Source of the DNA: an uncultured Gammaproteobacteria bacterium
GTDB lineage: Bacteria; Patescibacteriota; Microgenomatia; Levybacterales; GWA1-39-11
Length of the DNA: 64,000 nucleotides
NCBI GenBank assembly: GCA_964627245.1
Contig: CAZVGS010000002.1
Span: 90,923 to 154,922 of the forward strand
Direction of reading: 5' to 3'
The notes under the pieces were generated by a model, which was given only the letters and a program-made list of their open reading frames with translations, ran no database searches and was not told the origin of the DNA. Positions within the stretch are counted from its first letter, which is position 1. Every line of letters begins with the position of its first letter. Of the stretch, positions 46,896-55,106 are shown piece by piece. A program made the translations under genes and the position numbers.

Positions 46896-47954
46896 ATGGC
46901 AAAAATCATAACTCTACCCGGTCTTATAGATGTTCATACCCACCTGCGTACACCCGGGCAAAGTCACAAAGAAGACTTTTATACAGGGACACTCGCTTCA
47001 CTAAATGGTGGTTTTACGACTGTTATTGACATGCCGAATAATGCGGTACCTATTACCACAAAAAGACTTTTAGATGAAAAGATAAGAATTGCAAAAACTC
47101 AAGCAGTCTCAGATATCGGTTTTCACTTTGGATCTTTAGGTGACAATCTCGATGAATTTAAGAAAGTTAATGGTAAAGTCATGGGGTTGAAGCTGTATCT
47201 TAATATGACTACGGGAGGATTTATCATTGGCAAAAAAGAGTTAAATGCAATATACAAATCCTGGGAGTCAAAACAGCCAATTTTACTACATGCGGAAGAG
47301 GATGTTTTGGATATGGTTTTTGAGATAGTGAAGCGTACAAAAAAAGCAACTCATATTTGTCACGTTTCATCGGAAGAAGAACTAACAAAAATTGCAAAAG
47401 CAAAAGAAAAGGGACTTCCTGTTACTTGCGGAATAACTCCTCACCATTTATTTTTGACAAAAGAGGATGGAAAAAAACTTGGGGCATACGGAAAAATGAA
47501 ACCTTACCTTAAAGGGAAAAAAGATCAAAGGTTTATATGGGAGAATTTACAGTACGTAGATATTATTGAGTCTGATCACGCACCGCATACCGTGAAAGAA
47601 AAAGATACGGAGGAACCATTTGGTGTTCCGGGTCTTGATACCACTCTACCCCTTTTGTTGTCTGCGTCAGAAGAAGGCAAACTAACTTTGGATGAAATAA
47701 TTCAGCTTTGTCATACCAATCCTGCAAGAATATTCAATGTCCCAACTGCCAAAAACACCTTAGTTGATGTTGAGATGAAAGAATATATACTTTCAAAAAA
47801 AGACTTAAAAACAAAATGCGCCTGGTCACCCTTTGAAGGAAGAAAAGTTATTGGAAAAGTCAGAAGCGTCACAATCCGCGGAAAAGAAATTTACAAAAAC
47901 GGAAAATTAGCTGTAAAGAAAGGCAGTGGAAAAGTAATCTCCCCAAGCATATAA
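46896..47954 (+). CDS. pyrC: Dihydroorotase
   Basis: LPGLIDVHTHLR, DMPN, HAE, HICHVS, TPHHL, ESDHAPH. Confidence 0.88.
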   Translation: MAKIITLPGLIDVHTHLRTPGQSHKEDFYTGTLASLNGGFTTVIDMPNNAVPITTKRLLDEKIRIAKTQAVSDIGFHFGSLGDNLDEFKKVNGKVMGLKLYLNMTTGGFIIGKKELNAIYKSWESKQPILLHAEEDVLDMVFEIVKRTKKATHICHVSSEEELTKIAKAKEKGLPVTCGITPHHLFLTKEDGKKLGAYGKMKPYLKGKKDQRFIWENLQYVDIIESDHAPHTVKEKDTEEPFGVPGLDTTLPLLLSASEEGKLTLDEIIQLCHTNPARIFNVPTAKNTLVDVEMKEYILSKKDLKTKCAWSPFEGRKVIGKVRSVTIRGKEIYKNGKLAVKKGSGKVISPSI

Positions 47955-47961
47955 TCATGGC

Positions 47962-48438
47962 ATGAGCCATAAGGTTGAATCGCCCAATTCTTACGAGGTT
48001 TTGTCTCCTGCAGAAAAGAATGGAATGTTAAAGACAGCGCTTTTAAGTTTGCCAAGACAATTAACATTGGGAGAGCCACAACTGGTTGAAAATCTCAAAT
48101 TCATTAATCACCTTTCTGAATTACTCGAATTTTCCCGCGGTACGAAAGGATCAACAAGATTTATTTTGGACAACGCTGCCTATGCAACAGAGTTTGGCGT
48201 GGAGGCAGTTGCTCCGAAGCCTGAAAGGTTTGATCCTGAAAAGTCGTTTCCCACAGTACTCTTTAATCCGCTTGATCCTGAAGGTCTTTTTGGAGATAAC
48301 CCCCAGTTAACCGAACAAAGAGGATTGATTTACCTTTCGAAGAATAGGGAAGCCTCCAGGTACAATTCACGAGAGCACAAACTATATGCAGTTTGGTGGG
48401 CTGAATATGTTACTGCCTACCACCATGACCCGTTTTAG
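47962..48438 (+). CDS. Hypothetical protein
   Basis: 158-aa ORF packed 7 nt after pyrC; no recognised motif. Confidence 0.55.
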   Translation: MSHKVESPNSYEVLSPAEKNGMLKTALLSLPRQLTLGEPQLVENLKFINHLSELLEFSRGTKGSTRFILDNAAYATEFGVEAVAPKPERFDPEKSFPTVLFNPLDPEGLFGDNPQLTEQRGLIYLSKNREASRYNSREHKLYAVWWAEYVTAYHHDPF

Positions 48439-48447
48439 GCAACTAGA

Positions 48448-49527
48448 TCATGCCGGTTTGTTTTGTTGGGATTTAATTTCAATGGCAAGGCTTGGGTTCC
48501 ACATTGCACCGGTTGCAGACATAACAGCATCTGCACCTGCTTCGCGATATTCAAAATAATCCTCAGGAGTTGTCACTCCTCCAACACCTGTAATGCTAAA
48601 TTGATAATTTTTTTTGTCTTTAATTTTCTTAAGTTTCTTTACAAAATCAAGACCTGCCCATTTTATTCCTGCACCGCAAAGACCACTTCTAGTTCTGTTT
48701 GGCCCCGGTAGAGCTTGCTTACCATTTGCATCCACAACTGTCGCCTGCAAAGTGTTAATGCCTGAAATATCATCGGCATATTCGTTTGCGATTTCTGCTA
48801 ACTTTTCAAGTTCCTTAGTGTTTTTATAATAACCAACTTTAACTGAAAAAGGAGTATTTCCGATTACACTTCTTATTTTTTCACAAACTTTTTTTGTAAC
48901 ATCCAAGTTGTAACAAACCAACCCCTCATTGCCAATATTTGGACAGGAGAGATTAGTCTCCAATACCTTTGCTCCGGTTTCATATGCTAACCTTGCTGCA
49001 AGAACATAGTCATCGATAAATTGTTTTTGCGTTTGGTCTTTCTTTACAGTCCCCATAAAACTTAACACCATAACTTGTCCATTGCCTTCGTAAGAAATAG
49101 CTTTTTTTACATCTTCCTGCCAAACCTCAGGATTTTTGGAAGGTACTCCGAAGGAATTCGTAATGGTAATCGGATCCTTAAATACCCCGTCAACAACAAT
49201 TGGTTGATCGAGTTTTTCCAAAGTTAGATTTCCACCCTTTTTAACTGCCAAAAGATTTGGAAAGGGATGACAGGGGTAGGCCGTTGCTCTGACTGTTTTA
49301 TACACACAAATATCAAAACCGTTCTCAAAAGCTCCTTTGATAAACTTGCTATTCAAAAGAGGTCCTGCAGGAATACCAAAAGGCAGGTTAACTTTTAGAC
49401 CAAGATAATCATACTTAAGAGTTTTTTCCTTCGCCAATTTCTTTGGATTTGCAAAATCTCCAAAAGGACCCTTATTGTAGTTATCTTCGTAGCTTAAGTG
49501 CGGATCATAAAAGGGGACTTTAATCAT
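48448..49527 (-). CDS. pyrD: Dihydroorotate dehydrogenase-like FMN enzyme (class 1 / DPD-like)
   Basis: PFGIPAGPL, VYKTVR, NSFG, ETNLSCPN, INT, SGLCG, GVGGV. Confidence 0.72.
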   Translation of the reverse strand: MIKVPFYDPHLSYEDNYNKGPFGDFANPKKLAKEKTLKYDYLGLKVNLPFGIPAGPLLNSKFIKGAFENGFDICVYKTVRATAYPCHPFPNLLAVKKGGNLTLEKLDQPIVVDGVFKDPITITNSFGVPSKNPEVWQEDVKKAISYEGNGQVMVLSFMGTVKKDQTQKQFIDDYVLAARLAYETGAKVLETNLSCPNIGNEGLVCYNLDVTKKVCEKIRSVIGNTPFSVKVGYYKNTKELEKLAEIANEYADDISGINTLQATVVDANGKQALPGPNRTRSGLCGAGIKWAGLDFVKKLKKIKDKKNYQFSITGVGGVTTPEDYFEYREAGADAVMSATGAMWNPSLAIEIKSQQNKPA

Positions 49528-49566
49528 TGGTCTAAGATTAGCAGATCGCAAAATATGAGTCAATTG

Positions 49567-50289
49567 TCATCGGATGTAAAGTCCTCCATTAACATCGATA
49601 GTTGAGCCGGTAATATAAGAGGCGTCTTCAGAGAGAAGAAAAAATACTGCACCGGCTACATCGTTAACATTTCCTGCTCTCTTAACAAGACTATTTTCTA
49701 TGTTCTTTTGCCTATCTTTGGTTTTCATTCTTCTGGACATTCTCGTATCAATCATCCCAGGAGCAACTGCATTTACCAGTATATTATACTTACTAAGGCT
49801 TCTTGCAAGAGATTTTGTTAACCCGATTTGGCCTGCTTTTGAAGCTGAATAAGCAGGATCGCGACTACCCAAATGTGCTCCTGTTGATGAAATATTTACT
49901 ATTCTTCCTCCATAGTGTTTCATAAACGGCAAAGCATACTTTATGCATCGAAAAGTCGCACTGAGATTAATTTCAATAACTAAATCCCACAAGTCATCAG
50001 TATATTTTTCGAAAGAAACAATGGGATAAACACCTGCATTATTTATCAAAACATCTATTCTTTTTTGTTCTTTTTTTAATCCTTCAAAAAAAGATTTAAC
50101 TTCATTCTTATTTAAGAAATCTATCTCAAAAGTCCTCACTTTTGAGCCTAAATTTTCTAATGTTTTTATGTTTGTTTTGCTGATTTTATGTTTGCTAAGA
50201 AGTATGAGGTGCCACCCATCCTCAGAAAGCCGTTTAGCAATTGAAAATCCAATATCACCATGGGCTCCTGTAATTAATGCTGTTTTCAT
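49567..50289 (-). CDS. Short-chain dehydrogenase/reductase (FabG-like)
   Basis: TGAHGDIG, NNAG, NISS, YSASK, PGMIDT. Confidence 0.9.
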   Translation of the reverse strand: MKTALITGAHGDIGFSIAKRLSEDGWHLILLSKHKISKTNIKTLENLGSKVRTFEIDFLNKNEVKSFFEGLKKEQKRIDVLINNAGVYPIVSFEKYTDDLWDLVIEINLSATFRCIKYALPFMKHYGGRIVNISSTGAHLGSRDPAYSASKAGQIGLTKSLARSLSKYNILVNAVAPGMIDTRMSRRMKTKDRQKNIENSLVKRAGNVNDVAGAVFFLLSEDASYITGSTIDVNGGLYIR

Positions 50290-51152
50290 CTTAAAACTAT
50301 ACCGTATGATTGCATCTTCTTAATTGCCTCATCTATGTCTTGTTGGGAAATAATTACACCATTTCTCTTAATCGCGTGTGAAGCAAGAATTGTTCCTATT
50401 TCTGCACACTGTTCCGGAGGTAATTTTCTAATAAAAGCTAGAATAAATCCGAGAGAAAATGCATCGCCAGCACCTGTTGTATCGGTAAGTTCCCGTTTTT
50501 GGGTTGGCACAAATACCTCCTGGTTTTGACCGTCTCTATAGTGAACTGTTGCTCCACGCGGCCCAAGCGTAGTGACTACTACTTTGGGTCCATAATCGAG
50601 GACTTCATTTTGATCTGAAACATTGAGAATGCTTTTTGCCCTTTGCCATTCTGATTCATTAAGAAATAATATTTGAGATCGTCTTAGGACATCAAGATGC
50701 AGATATTCATCAGCCTTCAATAGCTTTGGCCCAGGAGTGTATGTTAGTAATCCCTCTCTTTTCCTTGCAACATTTTTAGCCAACCCGTGGTGCGCGCTTG
50801 CCAGATGTACCACTTTGTATGGTTCTATTTCGTCTCCTGAAACCACAACATGAGGACTCAGTTCTGCGACTCCATTATCATGCCATTCACCGATTTGATT
50901 AAGTTCGGCTATCTCGTTTATAGGTATTGATATACCAGGACGCCGAGGAGAAAGTGTTATATCTACACCTATTTCACTGAGAAGGTTAGTGTATCTGACG
51001 CTTATTTCGTCAGTCCCAAACAAAGCTAGCAACCCCGTATCGACACCAAAGACTTTTCCGTTGATTGCTATACCTGCTGCAGCTCCCCCAAAATAATCAT
51101 TTCCTTCAATTTTATCAATGGCAGCATATCCTACAGAGAGTAGCTCCGGCAT
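50286..51152 (-). CDS. PfkB/ribokinase family (nucleoside/sugar) kinase
   Basis: GGAAAGIA, LFLNESE, VTTLGPRGA, DTTGAGDAF. Confidence 0.9.
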   Translation of the reverse strand: MPELLSVGYAAIDKIEGNDYFGGAAAGIAINGKVFGVDTGLLALFGTDEISVRYTNLLSEIGVDITLSPRRPGISIPINEIAELNQIGEWHDNGVAELSPHVVVSGDEIEPYKVVHLASAHHGLAKNVARKREGLLTYTPGPKLLKADEYLHLDVLRRSQILFLNESEWQRAKSILNVSDQNEVLDYGPKVVVTTLGPRGATVHYRDGQNQEVFVPTQKRELTDTTGAGDAFSLGFILAFIRKLPPEQCAEIGTILASHAIKRNGVIISQQDIDEAIKKMQSYGIVLR

Positions 51153-51156
51153 ATTG

Positions 51157-51807
51157 TTAAGTAAAATTCAATAAATCTATAAAATTAGGGATTGTATGCG
51201 TAAAACCAGCTTTTTCTATCTTTTTACCATCGATCCCATAAAGAACTCCTATTGAGTCAACTCCAGCATTTGAAGCAGAAAGTGAATCAACGCTAGTATC
51301 TCCTACCATCACTATTTCATCGAGTGGAATTTTTGTTTTTCGGGCGATATAAAGGATACATCCCTTGTTTGGTTTATCTCCTCCTGGCATTCCACCACCA
51401 TAAACGACTTCGAATAAGCTATCTACTTTAAGGGACTTAAGTATTCGATTAATCGAGGACGCTTTCTTAGTAGTTAGAATAGCAAGCTTTCTATCCAACC
51501 CAATCAATTTCTTGAGGGTTTCCTCTACGCCTGGAAAAAAGATGAGTTCTTTGATAGCACTTTCTAGTAAGTAAGATCTAAAATCCTCGGTGAGTTTCTC
51601 AATTTCTTGTTTTGAAAGATCTGGTTTTAAAAGTGAAAAAGCTTCTCCAATAGATACCTTACCTATCGTTGGATAAATCAATAAAGGATCTACCTCTTCG
51701 TATCGATTTTTAACTAATGCGTAATTTACACTTTTTGATATATGTTGGCGTGAATCAACTAACGTCCCGTCAAAATCAAAGATAAAAAGCTTATATCTAC
51801 GCATCAT
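51157..51807 (-). CDS. HAD-superfamily phosphatase (Gph-like)
   Basis: FDFDGTLVDS, LTTK, KP, MVGDTSVD. Confidence 0.9.
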   Translation of the reverse strand: MMRRYKLFIFDFDGTLVDSRQHISKSVNYALVKNRYEEVDPLLIYPTIGKVSIGEAFSLLKPDLSKQEIEKLTEDFRSYLLESAIKELIFFPGVEETLKKLIGLDRKLAILTTKKASSINRILKSLKVDSLFEVVYGGGMPGGDKPNKGCILYIARKTKIPLDEIVMVGDTSVDSLSASNAGVDSIGVLYGIDGKKIEKAGFTHTIPNFIDLLNFT

Positions 51808-52657
51808 TTTTTCGCATTGTAAATTTATCTTCGGGTATTACGTGGCCAAGATTGACAGCCTTTGAACGGAGGTCGCTGGCTATTATTTCATTGGCAGGCT
51901 CTATATGGATAGAGACAGGAGTTACTCTAATGCCTGCTGACTCAATTCCTTTTATCTTGCGTGGATTATTTGTTAGTAGTCTAACCGACTTTACTCCAAT
52001 ATGATGCAACATATCTCCTGCGATAGTAAAGTCACGTACCTCTGATGGGTATCCCGCCTTTTTGTATGCTTTATCAGTATCAACACGTTCCCCAGTTTCT
52101 GGATCTATCTTTTGAGATATCTTTCCATTTCTCCACTCAAACATCCCATTTAATTGAGCCATTTTTCCTGAAACGCCTGTGCCTCTTCCTTCCTGTTCGA
52201 GATACATTATTATTCCACTCCCTTCATCGCGCACTTGATTCATTGCCTCACGAAATTCATCTTTGCATTCACAATTTATTGCTCCATACACCTCACTTGT
52301 TCTACAGGAAGAATGAATTCTAACCAAAATATCTTCACCGTTTCCCAAGGCATTTTCAACGATGTTTCCAAAAACTAGCATTTCATGATGAGAACCGTTT
52401 GTGTAGTCTCCAAAAACAAGGTACGTCCAATCACCAAACTCGGTAGGTAAAGGTGAGCGTCCGATCTCTTCAACTAGAGGTTTTTGTTCAGTTCTTAGTA
52501 TTTTTTGCATTTCGGTTTCATTTTCCCAGGGCTTTTTCCAAATAAATTTTCTCAAATTGACTATTTGATTGACAGAGAGCTCATGCGGATCATAATGTCC
52601 AGACAAGCCTCCAATAAATTCTTGCCCTTGATCTAAGCGTATTTCAGCTGATTTCAT
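51797..52657 (-). CDS. Divergent GTP cyclohydrolase II (RibA-like)
   Basis: LPTEFG, VRIHSSCRTSEVYGAINCEC (three Zn Cys), QEGRG, RDF, RLLTNNPRK, LGH; ~60-aa N-terminal extension. Confidence 0.88.
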   Translation of the reverse strand: MKSAEIRLDQGQEFIGGLSGHYDPHELSVNQIVNLRKFIWKKPWENETEMQKILRTEQKPLVEEIGRSPLPTEFGDWTYLVFGDYTNGSHHEMLVFGNIVENALGNGEDILVRIHSSCRTSEVYGAINCECKDEFREAMNQVRDEGSGIIMYLEQEGRGTGVSGKMAQLNGMFEWRNGKISQKIDPETGERVDTDKAYKKAGYPSEVRDFTIAGDMLHHIGVKSVRLLTNNPRKIKGIESAGIRVTPVSIHIEPANEIIASDLRSKAVNLGHVIPEDKFTMRKNDA

Positions 52658-52726
52658 CGAATTATAGCTTATTCAATTTTCCGTATCAACTAGCTAAGTT
52701 TTATTACATTTGAGTTCACGATTCAA

Positions 52727-52763
52727 TGACAATATTGTCAATATATAAAAATGGTGATAGACT
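52727..52763. promoter_or_regulatory. Perfect 14-bp palindrome over divergent promoters (candidate operator)
   Basis: TGACAATATTGTCA 52727-52740; plus strand TTGTCA-17 bp-TAGACT-7 nt-ATG(52771); minus strand TTGACA at 52741-52736. Confidence 0.6.
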
Positions 52764-52770
52764 CCAGAAA

Positions 52771-53817
52771 ATGTTTGAAAATTACTCCTTCGCTGACTTA
52801 TTTAGGAAATATAAGGTAAAGGCTGGATTGAAGACATTGTCACATCTTGGTGAGGAATTTGAAAAACAGGGGTTGTTGTTTGAAAATAGCATCTTCTCAC
52901 ACTGGCAACGTGGTTCAAGAATTCCCACGAATAGAAATACTCTTCTTGCTCTGATAAGAATATTTATTAAGCGAAAAGCAATAAAAACCATTACAGAAAT
53001 TAACATATTTCTTGAATCAAGCGGGCATGGATATCTCACAAGAACAGAAGCGGGTGCGTTGTTCTCAAGCATTAAAAGGTATCGACGTGAAGGATTCATT
53101 GGTAGACCTGGTATACCTCTGGTCAATAAAACATCTCATCGACTAGGGAGGACTGCAGAAGAAATATTCATAGAAAATAATTTGGCAATTTTTAATTTCG
53201 ATACACCTTTTACATATACAACCGGATTAAAGAGTCCGATGTTCGTTGATAACAGACTACTTCTTTCTTTGACCAAAGAGCGAGACTTTATTATTAATGA
53301 AATGGTAAAGTTTATTAAAAGAAATGTACCTATTGGTGAAATAGATTATGTGTCATCTTCATTCTCATTTGCTGCGCCATTTGGTGTACTGGTTGCGGCT
53401 GCACTAAAACTTCCCCTCATCTTAATAAGAGAAAGTAAATCTTCGTACGGACGATTTACGAAGATTGAGGGACATCTACCATATGGAAAAAGAGTACTAA
53501 TAGTAGAAGATCTTATCTCAACAGGGGTCGCAGTAATTGATAATTGTGAAACCGTACGTTTGGCGGGAGGAAAGACTAAATATTGTGTTTCTCTTGTTGA
53601 CTACGAAATAAAACTTGTACGAAAAAGTATGGCTGCTCACAATCTGAAAGTCTTTGCACTAACTAGTGGTAAGAGAATTCTCATAGAGGCAGAGAAGAAA
53701 GGAGTGTTAACAAAAGATGAAAAAAAGGAGGTAACAGACTGGTTAGAAGCACCTTTTAAGTGGGGTAAGATAAGGGGATGTTACAAGAACGGAAGCGCGA
53801 CAGATTATTATAAATAG
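52771..53817 (+). CDS. N-terminal XRE-like HTH domain fused to an orotate phosphoribosyltransferase-like domain
   Basis: FADLFRKYKVKAGL...SIFSHWQRGSRIP; FTYTTGLKSPMFVDNR and VLIVEDLISTG (PRPP loop). Confidence 0.8.
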   Translation: MFENYSFADLFRKYKVKAGLKTLSHLGEEFEKQGLLFENSIFSHWQRGSRIPTNRNTLLALIRIFIKRKAIKTITEINIFLESSGHGYLTRTEAGALFSSIKRYRREGFIGRPGIPLVNKTSHRLGRTAEEIFIENNLAIFNFDTPFTYTTGLKSPMFVDNRLLLSLTKERDFIINEMVKFIKRNVPIGEIDYVSSSFSFAAPFGVLVAAALKLPLILIRESKSSYGRFTKIEGHLPYGKRVLIVEDLISTGVAVIDNCETVRLAGGKTKYCVSLVDYEIKLVRKSMAAHNLKVFALTSGKRILIEAEKKGVLTKDEKKEVTDWLEAPFKWGKIRGCYKNGSATDYYK

Positions 53818-53860
53818 TTGGTGTTTGACGTGTTTCAAAAAGCTTTGGTATAGTTGTTAT

Positions 53861-54307
53861 ATGCGATTTCTCAAAATAATTTTTGGCATTCTTCCTATAC
53901 GCTACGCTAGTGCGCACTGTGATGTTCCTTGCGGGATTTATGACCCTAAAGCTATGCAGATTGCTGCTGCAACTGTTCTTGTAATGGTTCAAAAGATTAA
54001 CTCTTTAGAAAAACCTGAAAAAGAAGATAAAAAAGAATGGCTAAATTATAAAAATGGTCTTACTCGAATGATTTGGACAAAAGAGGAGCATGCGAGGAAA
54101 TGCAAGGAAGAACTTTTAATACTTTGGACCGATTATTTTAAGCCTGAACATTTGGAAAAATTCCCTGATTTACACAATACTTTTTGGAGAGCAGCCAAGC
54201 TTTGCTCACAAAATAAGCAAGAAATTTCCGAAGATACTGCTCAAGCTTTAGTTGATGCCACTTCCAGCATTGCTGATATCTTCCAAAAAACAAAAGCTAA
54301 TCCGTGA
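53861..54307 (+). CDS. sodN: Nickel superoxide dismutase precursor
   Basis: Ni-hook HCDVPCGIYDP after an 18-aa leader; KEEHA, ILWTDYFKPEH; TTGACG-18 bp-TATAGT promoter 6 nt before the ATG. Confidence 0.93.
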   Translation: MRFLKIIFGILPIRYASAHCDVPCGIYDPKAMQIAAATVLVMVQKINSLEKPEKEDKKEWLNYKNGLTRMIWTKEEHARKCKEELLILWTDYFKPEHLEKFPDLHNTFWRAAKLCSQNKQEISEDTAQALVDATSSIADIFQKTKANP

Positions 54308-54606
54308 ACCTCCTCCGCAATTTTCCAGTAAAAAGATTCCGTATAAAAAATAAAAGCATGAGTCCAGTTCTTAAAGAAAAATCTGAGGTTATTACTTTCC
54401 CATATTTATTCTTCCAGCCAAAAATAGGAGATATTATTGTTTTTAACAATATTGTTCCGCCATTTATTTTCTGTAAAAAGATTACTAAAATTATTGGGGA
54501 TAGGATATGGGTTGAAGGAGTCAATAGAAAAGTAAGTATTGATAGTAGAAATTTTGGGTTTATCGATAAAAAAAATATTATTGGAAAAGTAATAATTAAA
54601 TTCTAA
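54304..54606 (+). CDS. sodX: Ni-SOD maturation protease (S26 family)
   Basis: SMSPVL, GDIIVF, KKI, SIDSRNFG, IIGKV; GTGA overlap with sodN. Confidence 0.85.
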   Translation: MNLLRNFPVKRFRIKNKSMSPVLKEKSEVITFPYLFFQPKIGDIIVFNNIVPPFIFCKKITKIIGDRIWVEGVNRKVSIDSRNFGFIDKKNIIGKVIIKF

Positions 54607-55106
54607 TGCTCATTTCTCTAGTTATAATAATCTTATTGCTGGTAATCCTTTCTTTTGTTTGGCCTCCTGACAGTCCGTGGAGTCCATGGTGGAGAACATC
54701 CAGAAAGACGGCAAGGATAGCTTGTAAATTAGCAAAAATTTCAAGTAAAGACGTTGTATATGAGTTGGGAAGCGGAGACGGCGAATTCATTCTTACTGCT
54801 GTTTCGGAGTTTGGTGCAAAGAAAGCAGTAGGGATAGAAATTGATCACACGAGATATTTAATAGCTTCCTTAAAAAAGAAGAAGGCAAAAATAAAAAATG
54901 TTAAGTTTATCCGCTCTGATTTCAAAAAAGTAAATCTAAGTAGTGCAAATATTGTATATTTCTATCTGGTGCCGGCAGTAATAAAAAGAATATTGCCGAA
55001 GCTTAAAAAAGAACTAAAGCCCGGAACAAGAATTATCAGTTATAAATACAAATTGCCCGTTAAAGAATTAAAAAGAAAAGGGGAACTCTATCTTTATCAA
55101 ATTTGA
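54606..55106 (+). CDS. Membrane-anchored class I SAM methyltransferase (FAM173/DOT1-like)
   Basis: N-terminal TM, SPWWRT, VYELGSGDG, GIEID, YFYL, LKPGTRIIS. Confidence 0.8.
   Translation: MLISLVIIILLLVILSFVWPPDSPWSPWWRTSRKTARIACKLAKISSKDVVYELGSGDGEFILTAVSEFGAKKAVGIEIDHTRYLIASLKKKKAKIKNVKFIRSDFKKVNLSSANIVYFYLVPAVIKRILPKLKKELKPGTRIISYKYKLPVKELKRKGELYLYQI

Noticed and set aside
51797-52657. Labelling as ribA of riboflavin synthesis together with the RibD-like gene at 42231-42767
   Set aside because: Tyr105 equivalent is replaced, no other rib genes are adjacent, and the RibD-C gene is 9 kb away with no deaminase domain
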